Source of the DNA: Desulfatiglandales bacterium
Lineage (GTDB): Bacteria; Desulfobacterota; DSM-4660; Desulfatiglandales; Desulfatiglandaceae
NCBI GenBank assembly: GCA_963666345.1
Contig: OY762721.1
Span: 832,001-896,000 of the forward strand
Reading direction: 5' to 3'
Length of the DNA: 64,000 nt
Under the pieces are notes generated by a model. It searched no databases and was not told the DNA's origin. It saw nothing but the letters and a program-made list of their open reading frames with translations. How positions within the stretch are numbered: the first letter of the stretch is position 1; each line of letters starts with the position of its first letter. Shown here in pieces: positions 37,507 to 46,639 of this stretch. The translations under genes and the position numbers were made by a program.

Positions 37507-38644
37507 AACCTATGGCCTCATCTCCGTAGCGTTCGCGCACGCGGTCAAGCGCGCGCACAAGCGCGTGCCTTTCACCCGTGCCGCCCTGGGAGGAAAAAAG
37601 TGAGAGCTGACCTGATCCGGGCGCAAGATCAAAGAACCACACCCTCATGTACCTTATACGCACGCGCCTTGTGCATGACTTCAAAAAAAGCGCCTCAAGC
37701 GGGGTGAAAAGATCGGCCGCAAAGGGGTCGGTTACTTTAAGGCTTATCCTTTTTGTCTCCTCCATGCCGTCTGAATACCTGATCAAAAGCCCCGCCTTTT
37801 TGGGTACAAGTCCCCTTTTGCGGATCTTAAATGCGCATTTTTCAACAAGGGCAAAAATGATTGAAAGGAGTATTTGATCGTCGTTTTCATCCGCGCTTAG
37901 CACGACCTTTTCACTTACCGAGGGGCTTGAAGGGGCCGGATAGACAGGCCTTGGATCGATCCCGAGCGCCCTTTCATGTATGAGGCGCGCCCTTTTACCG
38001 AAGACCATTCTCATATCCCCCATATCAAGGCAGGCAAGGTCGCGCACAAGCCTTATATTCAGCTCAAGCAGGATGTTTTTGCCTGAAGCCCCGATTCCCG
38101 GGACCACACCCACCCTTAAAGGCGCCATAAAGGATTTTTCCTGTCCATGATCGATGTCCGTTACCCCGCATGAGGCCATCCTTGACGCAATGCTTGATAC
38201 CATCTTGTTTCCCGCCACCCCTGCGGTGCCTGTAAGTGAGAACATGTCCCCGATCTCTTTTCTCAAGGTGCCGGCCGCGTCCCTTGCCGCCCCCCAGAGC
38301 CTGCCTGTGCCTGTAAGATCCATGTAGATGTGCCCGGGCCTTGCCGATTCCCACACGGGCGTGTACCTTGAAACGGTCTTTGAAACGGAGGACGCGGCCT
38401 TTATGGTGAGTGCCGGGTCAGGTGCGATTACCTTGAGGCCCGGACATCGCCTGACTGCCCTTGAAACGGACATACCCTTTAAGACCCCCTCTTTTTTCGC
38501 CTCAGGGGATGCTGAAAGGATAAGGGAGCGGGCAGAACCCGGCTGGGCCGCAGCCACCGGTCTTCCCTTTAGGCCAGGATCGATGCTCCTTGAAACGGCT
38601 ATAAAAAAGGCCGGGATATGAAGGTGGATGATATCTCTTTTCAA
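37466..38644 (-). CDS. imuB: Y-family polymerase homologue, catalytically degenerate (ImuB-like)
   Basis: DinB fold, but HLHIPAF replaces HVDMDAF and RPGH replaces SIDE; QLSLF clamp motif; LDRVRERYG tail. Confidence 0.85.
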   Translation of the reverse strand: MKRDIIHLHIPAFFIAVSRSIDPGLKGRPVAAAQPGSARSLILSASPEAKKEGVLKGMSVSRAVRRCPGLKVIAPDPALTIKAASSVSKTVSRYTPVWESARPGHIYMDLTGTGRLWGAARDAAGTLRKEIGDMFSLTGTAGVAGNKMVSSIASRMASCGVTDIDHGQEKSFMAPLRVGVVPGIGASGKNILLELNIRLVRDLACLDMGDMRMVFGKRARLIHERALGIDPRPVYPAPSSPSVSEKVVLSADENDDQILLSIIFALVEKCAFKIRKRGLVPKKAGLLIRYSDGMEETKRISLKVTDPFAADLFTPLEALFLKSCTRRVRIRYMRVWFFDLAPGSGQLSLFSSQGGTGERHALVRALDRVRERYGDEAIGYGRAHAGSPLCAS

Positions 38645-38660
38645 GGGTCTTCTCCGGCAT

Positions 38661-39266
38661 CTACCTGTAATACCTTATGACCCCGACCACCCTGCCTTTT
38701 ATGCGAAGATCGCCCGCAGAAACCATTATCGATTCCATGCCCTTGTGGGCGGGCCTTAATTCCACCTGGCCCTTTTTGCGGTAATATTTTTTGACGGTCG
38801 CCTCATTTTCCATCAGGGCCACCACGGTCTGGCCGTTTTCGGCGGTGGGCTGCCTTTTTACCACCACAAAGTCCCCGTCGAGGATTCCGTCATCCTCCAT
38901 GGAATCGCCTGCCACCTGGAGCACGAAGTGATCGCCCCCGGCCGTCATGGAAGGGGGAATCTCGATCGGTCTTTCATCCTCGATCGCCTCAATCGGCCTT
39001 CCCGCAGCCACCTTTCCGAGAAGCGGGACCTCAAAGCGGTTTGTCTCGACAGGGCTTATGACCTCAATTGCCCGCTTTTTGTTCTTTTCGGCGGGAAGCC
39101 TGATATAGCCCTTTCGCTCAAGGATCCTGAGATAGTTTGTGACCGTGTTATAGGAGGCAAAACCGAAGTTTTCCCGTATCTCGTCAAAGCTTGGAGAATG
39201 CCCCCACTGCCTGATGTAGCCTGACAGATATGAAAGAAAGGCCTGCTGCTTTTCCGTGAGCTTCAT
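38661..39266 (-). CDS. lexA: SOS repressor LexA
   Basis: wHTH (PSFDEI...LERKGYI), VAAG cleavage site, GDSM, ATVK. Confidence 0.96.
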   Translation of the reverse strand: MKLTEKQQAFLSYLSGYIRQWGHSPSFDEIRENFGFASYNTVTNYLRILERKGYIRLPAEKNKKRAIEVISPVETNRFEVPLLGKVAAGRPIEAIEDERPIEIPPSMTAGGDHFVLQVAGDSMEDDGILDGDFVVVKRQPTAENGQTVVALMENEATVKKYYRKKGQVELRPAHKGMESIMVSAGDLRIKGRVVGVIRYYR

Positions 39267-39312
39267 TGTGATTACTCCTGTTTTTGGTCCTTCGCCCGAT
39301 TAGTTAAAAGAA

Positions 39313-39502
39313 AGGGTTCAAGGATTCAAGGATTCGAGGGTTCGAGGGTTCTTTGCTTCGCTCAGTCCCACCCCTCGACAAGCTCGGGGCGGGTTCCCGG
39401 TTTCACAAAAATCGAGAAAATACGATTTCCGCCGAGCATTTAACCCTCCATAATTTTTAAGTATTTCACTTGAATCCTTGACTCCTCGGCCCCTTGACCC
39501 CT
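39313..39502. repeat. Element bounded by inverted octamer arrays in the lexA leader
   Basis: AGGGTTCA/AGGATTCA/AGGATTCG/AGGGTTCG/AGGGTTCT on the left; TGAATCCT/TGACTCCT/CGGCCCCT/TGACCCCT on the right; internal REP-like CCCCTCGACAAGCTCGGGG. Confidence 0.8.
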
Positions 39503-39540
39503 TCATTTGTTTCAGATCTTCCGGAAACAATCCCTGCTTC

Positions 39541-39581
39541 CTTACACATAAATCTATACTGTAAGTTTTTATGAAAGTCAA
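39541..39581 (-). promoter_or_regulatory. lexA operon promoter with candidate operator
   Basis: TTGACT-17-TATAGA on the minus strand; CTTACA-N13-TGTAAG straddles the -10. Confidence 0.6.
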
Positions 39582-39665
39582 CCCTCTGACGGGGCCTTTG
39601 GATGGATCATGGTGATGAAAAAAAGCGGGGGAATTAAACGAGTAAAGGAGTGAGAAAAACATGAC

Positions 39666-39702
39666 ACCCTGACACGGGCCGGGAGGCTGTCCGTATCAGG
39701 GT
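39666..39702 (-). terminator. Hairpin after the mod operon
   Basis: ACCCTGACACGGGC...GTCCGTATCAGGGT. Confidence 0.5.
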
Positions 39703-39722
39703 AAAGTCATCCGCAGGTAGTG

Positions 39723-40505
39723 CTAGTGTCCCTTATGGCAGTACTGCGGACACCCGGTAAGATAGGCGATTCCCGATACGGTCACCCCGTAGAAAACAAG
39801 CGGGCGGTCGCGAATGAGGGACCGGTAGGTATTGTTTACCAGCGTGCTTCCGGTGGCAAACACGACATCCCCCCACTCTATTACCTCCTGGGTCTGATCC
39901 ACAGGCTCGATCATTACTCCATACTTCTCCTTGCCCAGGGTGTCAGGGTCCATGTCGGTCACGCGGATTTTGTAGCTCCTGGCAAGGTTGTCCACCATGG
40001 CCGGCTGAAGACCTATAAAGGCTATCTTGGGCACTCCGAACTGCTCCGAGACATATTCCACAAGGTGCTGGGCGCACTCCTCCGGTTCCTCATCCTTGCA
40101 GTGGATGGTGCAGTCCAGGGCCCCTATATATCGAAGAACGGCATTTAGAGTCGAGATAAAAACGGCACGCTCAAAATTATCACCAAGGCCCATCTTCAGC
40201 ACTTCGTCTATGGTCCCCTCGAAATCCCCGGGCATATCGGTGAAGGCCTGGCCCTTGTGGCCGTTGAAATCCGCTTCCACCATAACCTCTCGTCCCTTTA
40301 CAAGGGGGAAATCTTTTCGTTCCGGGTTGCCGATCGATTCCTCAGGTTTGAGAGTGCGGGCGGATATGACATTTACGTGCTGGCCCTCAAGGCAATGCTC
40401 CTTTGCAATAAGGGCGAGTTTTTCCTTGAGCTGCTCATAGGTCAGATCGGCTATCTTAAGGCATCCTTTGTACTTGTCATTCATTTGCTGTTTTCCTCTT
40501 ATCAT
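39723..40505 (-). CDS. DUF364/Rossmann-like putative metal-binding protein
   Basis: GNPERKDFPL.KG.E.M.EA.F...GQAFTD, TIHCKDEEPEEC, ATGSTLVN, GVTVSG. Confidence 0.75.
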   Translation of the reverse strand: MIRGKQQMNDKYKGCLKIADLTYEQLKEKLALIAKEHCLEGQHVNVISARTLKPEESIGNPERKDFPLVKGREVMVEADFNGHKGQAFTDMPGDFEGTIDEVLKMGLGDNFERAVFISTLNAVLRYIGALDCTIHCKDEEPEECAQHLVEYVSEQFGVPKIAFIGLQPAMVDNLARSYKIRVTDMDPDTLGKEKYGVMIEPVDQTQEVIEWGDVVFATGSTLVNNTYRSLIRDRPLVFYGVTVSGIAYLTGCPQYCHKGH

Positions 40506-40611
40506 TCGATTATTTTTTATCTTTCTCTTCTCTATTAAGTCGCACGATTCGTGCCCGGTTCGGCAAATGATTTGACGACAAAAGCCCCGATACCGGTTCC
40601 CGATCCGTTTC

Positions 40612-41676
40612 TCAGCAGGGGTGAACGATGTTTACATTCTCCTTTTTTATCAACGCATACAGATTCCCGCCCTTGCGCAGATCAAGGCTTTCGATTGCCC
40701 TGTTGCTCATGAGCGCGCTTATCTCTATGCCTTTTGCCTTCATATCGAGAATCGATGCCGGCCCCTCAGGCACCACGTGCCTAAGCGTTCCTTCCACCAC
40801 GTTAAATCCGTTATTATCGGAAGGCCTTCTTGTCGTAACGCTGATGTCTTCATAGCGTATGGCCACATCCACCTTTTCACCTTTTTCGGCCCGGTCAAGA
40901 CTCGTCAGATATATGCCTCCAACGTCTATCTTGCTTGCGTCCCCTTCGCAGGAGACGACTGTTCCGCTGAAAAATTCAGCCCCCACGAATTCTGCGACAA
41001 ATTTGGATTGCGGACGGCAGAACACCGACTTCATGGGCCCGAACTGAAGAAGCTTTCCCTTGGAGAAAACAGCCAGCTTATCGGCCAGTGCCCACGCGTC
41101 ATCGAGGTCGTGGGTTATGTGGATAACCGTTGTGGACCTTTCCCGGACGGCTTCCTTAAGCATTATACGGGCGCGCCGCCGCGTCTGCTGATCGAGCGCG
41201 GAAAAGGGCTCGTCCATGAGAAGGAGCTGCGGCTCCACTATGAGCACGCGGGCAAGTGCCGCCCTTTGCTGCTCGCCTCCCGACAGGGTCCCGGGTTTTC
41301 TGTGCAGGAGGTGATCGATATTAAGTGATTCGGCCATATCGCGTATGGCCTCCTCCATTCCATCCGGCCTGTGTTTTTTGAGCCCGTACGCGATGTTATC
41401 CCGCACGGTCATATGTGGAAGCAGGGCGTAATCCTGGTATACTATGCCGATATGCCGCTTTTCAGGCAGTTCGTCCGTGATGTCCCTGTCTTTCAGGAAA
41501 ATCCGCCCCCGGTCCGGATGCCAGAACCCCACAATGCTCTCGAGAAAAATGGTCTTACCCGCGCCGGTGGGACCTATGATGGTCAGATAATCCCCCCTGT
41601 CGAGTGAAAGCGAGACATCTTCAAGATTGAATTCGGGCAGTTTTATATTGAGATCTTCGACTTTAAAGAAGCTCAT
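40612..41676 (-). CDS. modC: Molybdate/tungstate ABC ATP-binding subunit with TOBE domains
   Basis: GPTGAGKT, LSGGEQQR, DEPFSALD, C-terminal TOBE. Confidence 0.85.
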   Translation of the reverse strand: MSFFKVEDLNIKLPEFNLEDVSLSLDRGDYLTIIGPTGAGKTIFLESIVGFWHPDRGRIFLKDRDITDELPEKRHIGIVYQDYALLPHMTVRDNIAYGLKKHRPDGMEEAIRDMAESLNIDHLLHRKPGTLSGGEQQRAALARVLIVEPQLLLMDEPFSALDQQTRRRARIMLKEAVRERSTTVIHITHDLDDAWALADKLAVFSKGKLLQFGPMKSVFCRPQSKFVAEFVGAEFFSGTVVSCEGDASKIDVGGIYLTSLDRAEKGEKVDVAIRYEDISVTTRRPSDNNGFNVVEGTLRHVVPEGPASILDMKAKGIEISALMSNRAIESLDLRKGGNLYALIKKENVNIVHPC

Positions 41677-42455
41677 GCACGAACCTCCGCCCTCTCAAAG
41701 AAATAAATGGCCACAAAAGACACCGCCGTCAGGACGATACCGCTTGTAAGCGCCATGCCCATATTTCCGTAGGAGATATTGAGATACAAGGTCATGGGCA
41801 GCACTTCGGTCTTCATATAGGTCCCGCCTGCAAGTATCAGTACCGTTCCGAATGTGCCTATGCACCGGGCAAACGAGATCACCGTGGAGGCGAGAATTCC
41901 GTTTTTTGCAAGAGGCATGGACACGTGAAAAAATGTCTCCACCTGAGAGTAGCCCAGGCTGCGTGACACAAATTCCAGCCTCGGGTCGATATAGTCAAAT
42001 GTCGATTTCATGATGCGGCTGGCATAGGGAAGTGCCGTGAAAAACTGGGCCGCGACAACCCCCTGCTTTGTAAAGACAAAGTTAAGCCCGATTGCCTTGA
42101 AAAACTCGCCTACAAACGTATTTCCGAAAAGAAGCAGGAGGCAAAGCCCCAGCACAAGTTCCGGGAAGGCCATCGGCAGATCAAGGATCGTTTTCACAAA
42201 ACCTTTCAAGGGAAAGCTGAAACGGGAAAGTGAGTACCCGATCGGCAAGGCAAAAATCATCACAAGCAGGGTCGAGATTATCCCTGTAACCATGGAAAGC
42301 TTGAGAGAAAAACGCATCTCTTCGCTCCACAGGTTTTTCCATACATCGCTCAAGTCAGGCACCAGGAAAAGAGCCGCAATGGAAAAGACAAGCAGAAAGG
42401 TAACCAGCAGGGACAGCCCGACACAGCAGATATAAAATGCCCCTACTCTGCGCAA
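41673..42455 (-). CDS. modB: Molybdate/tungstate ABC permease
   Basis: LDLPMAFP, AQFF, RSLG EAA-like loop, FARCIGTFG. Confidence 0.87.
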   Translation of the reverse strand: MRRVGAFYICCVGLSLLVTFLLVFSIAALFLVPDLSDVWKNLWSEEMRFSLKLSMVTGIISTLLVMIFALPIGYSLSRFSFPLKGFVKTILDLPMAFPELVLGLCLLLLFGNTFVGEFFKAIGLNFVFTKQGVVAAQFFTALPYASRIMKSTFDYIDPRLEFVSRSLGYSQVETFFHVSMPLAKNGILASTVISFARCIGTFGTVLILAGGTYMKTEVLPMTLYLNISYGNMGMALTSGIVLTAVSFVAIYFFERAEVRA

Positions 42456-43201
42456 GGTTTAAAACCCCATTTTTCCCAGACGGAAAGACCTTCGGCGGAT
42501 GCGATATAATCATTGAACTTTACGGCCAAGGCCTTGTTTTTCGCGCGGGTGCAGACAGCCGTCGGTATGGTCTTGATGATGTTTCTCTTTTTGTCTATGT
42601 CGATGACCTCGATTTTCCCTTTTGCCTCGGCCCAGCTGGTAAGATCATCCCATATGATGGCCGCGTCGACCTGGTTTAGCGCCACATAGATGAGCAACTG
42701 GTTGACCGTTGGGGCAAGGACCGTGATATTGGGCTGCACGTCTTTCCAGAGACCGGCCTTGGTGAGCATCTTTTTTGAAACCCTTCCTATGGCAGGGGCC
42801 TTGGGATCGCCTATGGAGACCCTGACGCCTTTCCTGGTGAGATCATCAAGACCCTTGATCTCGGCCGGATTTCCCTTGGGAACCGCAATCGATGGAAGAT
42901 GAAGGACCAATTTGCGGATCGTATCCTTTTCAATCCAGCCGTTTTTGAGCGCATCCATGGTGTATTTCTCGGCACCCGGAATAAGGACATCGCAGGGCTG
43001 GCCGGCGGCCACCATGCCGAAGATTTCCCCGGAGCTTCCGTAATGCACATCCACCTCGACGGAATGTTTTTTCTCGAAATTCTTCCGCATCTCCTCCATC
43101 GGTTTGATGAGGCCCGCACCGCTGAATACCATAAGATCGGCTGCAAGTGACGGAGCCGCAAATAACAGAACAGCAGTCGCAAATATCAAGATCCGTTTCA
43201 T
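42443..43201 (-). CDS. modA: Molybdate/tungstate ABC substrate-binding protein
   Basis: VFSGAGL, YGSSG, VPKGNP, GDPKAPAIGR, PTVNQL. Confidence 0.9.
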   Translation of the reverse strand: MKRILIFATAVLLFAAPSLAADLMVFSGAGLIKPMEEMRKNFEKKHSVEVDVHYGSSGEIFGMVAAGQPCDVLIPGAEKYTMDALKNGWIEKDTIRKLVLHLPSIAVPKGNPAEIKGLDDLTRKGVRVSIGDPKAPAIGRVSKKMLTKAGLWKDVQPNITVLAPTVNQLLIYVALNQVDAAIIWDDLTSWAEAKGKIEVIDIDKKRNIIKTIPTAVCTRAKNKALAVKFNDYIASAEGLSVWEKWGFKPCAE

Positions 43202-43652
43202 ATCCTAATCCTCCTTTAATTTTTGAAATCTTGAGACCAAAAACACACAGGGCCAAATCAGGCCGAACCTTTTATGGCGCGCCTGACTTATGTCCCAGTT
43301 GATACAAATATAATCCAAAAAAAAGACCACAAATCAATAAGTTGGGCCAGTATTTCATAAGGTTATATCAGGTTGGAAATAAAACACAGGAACCTGTTTT
43401 TGTCAAGTTTATTCAATAATCTATTATTATTATAATGATTATAGCATTTTTTATGACATAAGTTATTAATAAACCTCTAGATGCTATCAAATTGCATTGC
43501 ACGAAGCAAAATATGATCCCGACTCAACCTGCTGTTTTGATCCATTTCCATGAAAATCGAATTTGCCTCTGCCTCCTCATTACTATATGCTTGAACCTGT
43601 TTTTCACCTGCAAAAGACCGATAAGGAGTCAAACAGCGGAAGGAATGACCGT

Positions 43653-44969
43653 ATGAAAAAGGTGAAAAAGGAGGTGTGGGGTTGGGCCATGTACGACTGG
43701 GCCAACTCTGCCTTTGCCACAACCGTGATGGCGGGGTTTTTCCCGCTTTATTTCAAAAAATACCTGAGCTTCGGGGCCGATGTCACCGTCAGCACGGCCC
43801 AGCTTGGGTTCGGAAACTCCGTTTCAAGCCTCCTTGTTGCCCTGCTTGCCCCCCTTCTCGGGGCCGTCGCGGACAGGAGATCGGCAAGGAAGGCCTTCCT
43901 CCTTTTCTTTGCCTACCTCGGGGCACTCATGACATCCTGCCTGTTTCTTATCCAACAGGGTCAGTGGGTATGGGCCATATTCATATATGCCATGGGAAAT
44001 ATCGGTTTTTCAGGCGCAAACATATTCTACGATTCTCTGCTTCCTGAGGTTGCCTCGGAAAGCGATATCGATTTCGTATCAGGCCTCGGTTTCGGCATGG
44101 GTTATCTGGGAGGCGGAATCCTTTTTGCGGTAAATGTCTTTATGACCATGAAGCCCGCCCTGTTCGGTCTTTCAGGTGCGGCCCAGGCGGTAAGGTTTTC
44201 CTTTTTGAGTGTGGCCCTCTGGTGGGGGGGATTTACCCTCTTTACCCTCTTCTGGGTAAAGGAGGAGAAAAGGGAGCCTGCTGCACGCAGCCTTAAAAAG
44301 ACCTTTTCAGAGGGTCTTTCAGAACTTGTTGAAACATTCCGAAAGATCAGGGTGCTCAAAAAGGCCTTTTTGTTCCTTATCGCCTACTGGTTCTACATAG
44401 ACGGAGTGGATACCATAATAAAAATGGCGGTCGATTACGGCATGTCGATCGGATTTGACTCAAACGACCTTATCCTTGCGCTCCTGCTGGTCCAGTTCGT
44501 GGGCTTTCCCTCTGCCATCCTGTTCGGGAAACTGGGCCAGAGCTGGGGCATACAAAAGGGCATCTACCTTGCCATAGGGGTCTACATATTGGCCACCATC
44601 TGGGGCGCGATGATATCTCAAAGATATGAGTTCTACATACTGGCCATCATCATAGGCCTTGTTCAGGGGGGCATCCAGGCGCTCAGCCGCTCCTACTACT
44701 CAAGGCTCATACCGAAGGGCCAAACCGCCCAGTTTTTCGGTTTCTATAATATGCTGGGAAAATTTGCCGCCATCCTTGGTCCCGCCCTTATGGCGGCGGT
44801 GGCCCTTGCCGCAAGGACCATGCTCATGCCTCAATCCCCCTCCCCTTTAGAGATGACCGAAGCGGGAAGGCTTGCATCAAGACTCGGCATAGCGTCCATC
44901 TCCCTTCTTTTTATAATAGGCGGACTGCTCTTCCATGTTGCAGATAAGGCTCGAGCAGAAAGCCGATAG
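43653..44969 (+). CDS. MFS transporter (UMF1/ATG22-like)
   Basis: WAMYDWANSAFATTV, FYDSLL, DGVDTII, GGIQALSRS. Confidence 0.9.
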   Translation: MKKVKKEVWGWAMYDWANSAFATTVMAGFFPLYFKKYLSFGADVTVSTAQLGFGNSVSSLLVALLAPLLGAVADRRSARKAFLLFFAYLGALMTSCLFLIQQGQWVWAIFIYAMGNIGFSGANIFYDSLLPEVASESDIDFVSGLGFGMGYLGGGILFAVNVFMTMKPALFGLSGAAQAVRFSFLSVALWWGGFTLFTLFWVKEEKREPAARSLKKTFSEGLSELVETFRKIRVLKKAFLFLIAYWFYIDGVDTIIKMAVDYGMSIGFDSNDLILALLLVQFVGFPSAILFGKLGQSWGIQKGIYLAIGVYILATIWGAMISQRYEFYILAIIIGLVQGGIQALSRSYYSRLIPKGQTAQFFGFYNMLGKFAAILGPALMAAVALAARTMLMPQSPSPLEMTEAGRLASRLGIASISLLFIIGGLLFHVADKARAESR

Positions 44970-45006
44970 CCGGCAGTCCGTGAAACAGGGGGGGGCACTT
45001 TCTTCA

Positions 45007-45035
45007 TTGACAGGCAACCGGGCCTATCCTATACT
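45007..45035 (+). promoter_or_regulatory. sigma70 promoter
   Basis: TTGACA-17-TATACT. Confidence 0.65.
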
Positions 45036-45099
45036 CACGAGGCTTAAGTCTGGATTTGCGTGATTTTCAAAATAGATGGGATGAAAGGAGAGTTTTCTT

Positions 45100-45864
45100 A
45101 TGGGAAAAAGGATTTTCTGGGGGATTGCATCTTTATTGTTGTTGGTTTCCGTCTTTGCCGTAACTCCCGCCGCATTTGCAGGGGAAAAGGTCTACATAAA
45201 CGGTATTGACGCCAACTTCCCACCCTTTGCCTATGTCAACAAGAACGGAGTGGCGGATGGCTTTGATGTTAAAGCGGTAGACTGGATCGCCAAGGAGATG
45301 GGATTCAAGGTAAAACACAAACCTATTGACTGGGACGGCATCATTGCGAGCCTCATGGCAAAAAAGATCGACCTCATAGCTGCAGGCTTGAGCATGAACG
45401 AAAAGAGAAAACAACAGGTAAATTTCACCAATCCCTACTGGAGGATCAAACAGGTCCTGGTGGCGCCTGTAAAAGACACCAAGACCGTGGACGAACTTCT
45501 CAGCAGCGGCAACAAGGTGGGTGTGCAGAGGGGCACGACAGAGGCCAAATGGATAAATGAAAATCTCATCAAGAAGGCCAAGAAAGACTTCAAGCTGATC
45601 TACTACGATTCAGCCCCGCTCGCGGTTGAAGACATTTTAAACGGCCGCATAGTCGCAGCCGCCATGGACGATGCCCCCGCCAATGACGCGGCAAGGAAAA
45701 AACCTGTAAGAGTAGTGGGTACATTCGGCATGAAAGAGGAAAACTTCGGATATGCCGTGAGAAAACAGGACAAGGAATTCCTGGCCACCCTCAACGAAGG
45801 TCTCAAAAGACTTCAGGCATCACCCTACTGGGAAGAACTCAAGACGAAATATGAGCTCAAATAG
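45100..45864 (+). CDS. Polar amino acid ABC substrate-binding protein
   Basis: DANFPPF, GFDV, WDGII.SL..KKID, VGVQRGTT. Confidence 0.92.
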   Translation: MGKRIFWGIASLLLLVSVFAVTPAAFAGEKVYINGIDANFPPFAYVNKNGVADGFDVKAVDWIAKEMGFKVKHKPIDWDGIIASLMAKKIDLIAAGLSMNEKRKQQVNFTNPYWRIKQVLVAPVKDTKTVDELLSSGNKVGVQRGTTEAKWINENLIKKAKKDFKLIYYDSAPLAVEDILNGRIVAAAMDDAPANDAARKKPVRVVGTFGMKEENFGYAVRKQDKEFLATLNEGLKRLQASPYWEELKTKYELK

Positions 45865-45893
45865 GTTTGCGCTCTTAAATTAAGTTGCATATC

Positions 45894-45924
45894 GAAGGCA
45901 TCAGGATATTCTTCTGATGCCTTC
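45894..45924 (+). terminator. Intra-operon hairpin after the SBP gene
   Basis: GAAGGCATCAG-9-CTGATGCCTTC followed by a short T run. Confidence 0.6.
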
Positions 45925-45968
45925 CCGTTTTGTGAAATGGGTTATCTTACTTTTTTTATTGAAAAGGC

Positions 45969-46637
45969 ATGACAGATCAATTTGTAGCCATCTTAGACGC
46001 CCTTCCCAGCATACTCCAGGGCTCGCTCGTGACCATAGGAGTGGTTGTGGGCGCCATGCTGCTCGGTCTGATACTGGGTATAATCATTGCCGTGGCACAG
46101 GTATATGGAAACAGGGTCTTAAGATTCATTGTAGCAATCTACATCTGGTTTTTCCGCGGCATACCGCTTCTGGTACTCCTGTTTCTGTTCTACTTCGGGC
46201 TGTTCTCATTTCTCAATATCAATCTGTCCGCCTTCACCGTGGCGGTAATCGTGCTCGGGCTCATAAGCGCCGCATACCAGTCCCAGATATTCAGAGGATC
46301 CATTCAATCACTGCCCGAAGGCCAGCTCAAGGCGGCAAGGGCTCTGGGGATGAGCGACAGGAAGGCCATCCTGAACATAATACTTCCCCAGGCACTGCGC
46401 CTTTCAATACCGGGCTGGTCCAATGAATACTCAATCGTCTTAAAGGACTCGGCGGTAGTCTATGTCGTGGGTGTCGCCGAAATCATGGCCCGGGCGCACT
46501 TTGTGGCGACCAGGACCTATCAGCATCTGCCCCTGTATTTTACGGCTGGACTGATCTTCCTCTGCCTTACCTTTATCGGAACAAAAGCGCTCAGGATATT
46601 CGAGGAAAAGGTCAGGATTCCCGGATACACAAGATAA
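45969..46637 (+). CDS. Amino acid ABC permease
   Basis: FRGIPLLV, GQLKAARALGMS, ILPQA, LKDS. Confidence 0.92.
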   Translation: MTDQFVAILDALPSILQGSLVTIGVVVGAMLLGLILGIIIAVAQVYGNRVLRFIVAIYIWFFRGIPLLVLLFLFYFGLFSFLNINLSAFTVAVIVLGLISAAYQSQIFRGSIQSLPEGQLKAARALGMSDRKAILNIILPQALRLSIPGWSNEYSIVLKDSAVVYVVGVAEIMARAHFVATRTYQHLPLYFTAGLIFLCLTFIGTKALRIFEEKVRIPGYTR

Positions 46638-46639
46638 GG

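Noticed and set aside
37466..38644. Active DNA polymerase IV (dinB)
   Set aside because: Catalytic Asp/Glu motifs are replaced; called ImuB-like instead
43286..43463. ModE/TunR-type operator upstream of modA (ACTTATGTC / GACATAAGT)
   Set aside because: Half-sites are about 160 bp apart in AT-rich DNA; cannot be supported without a PWM
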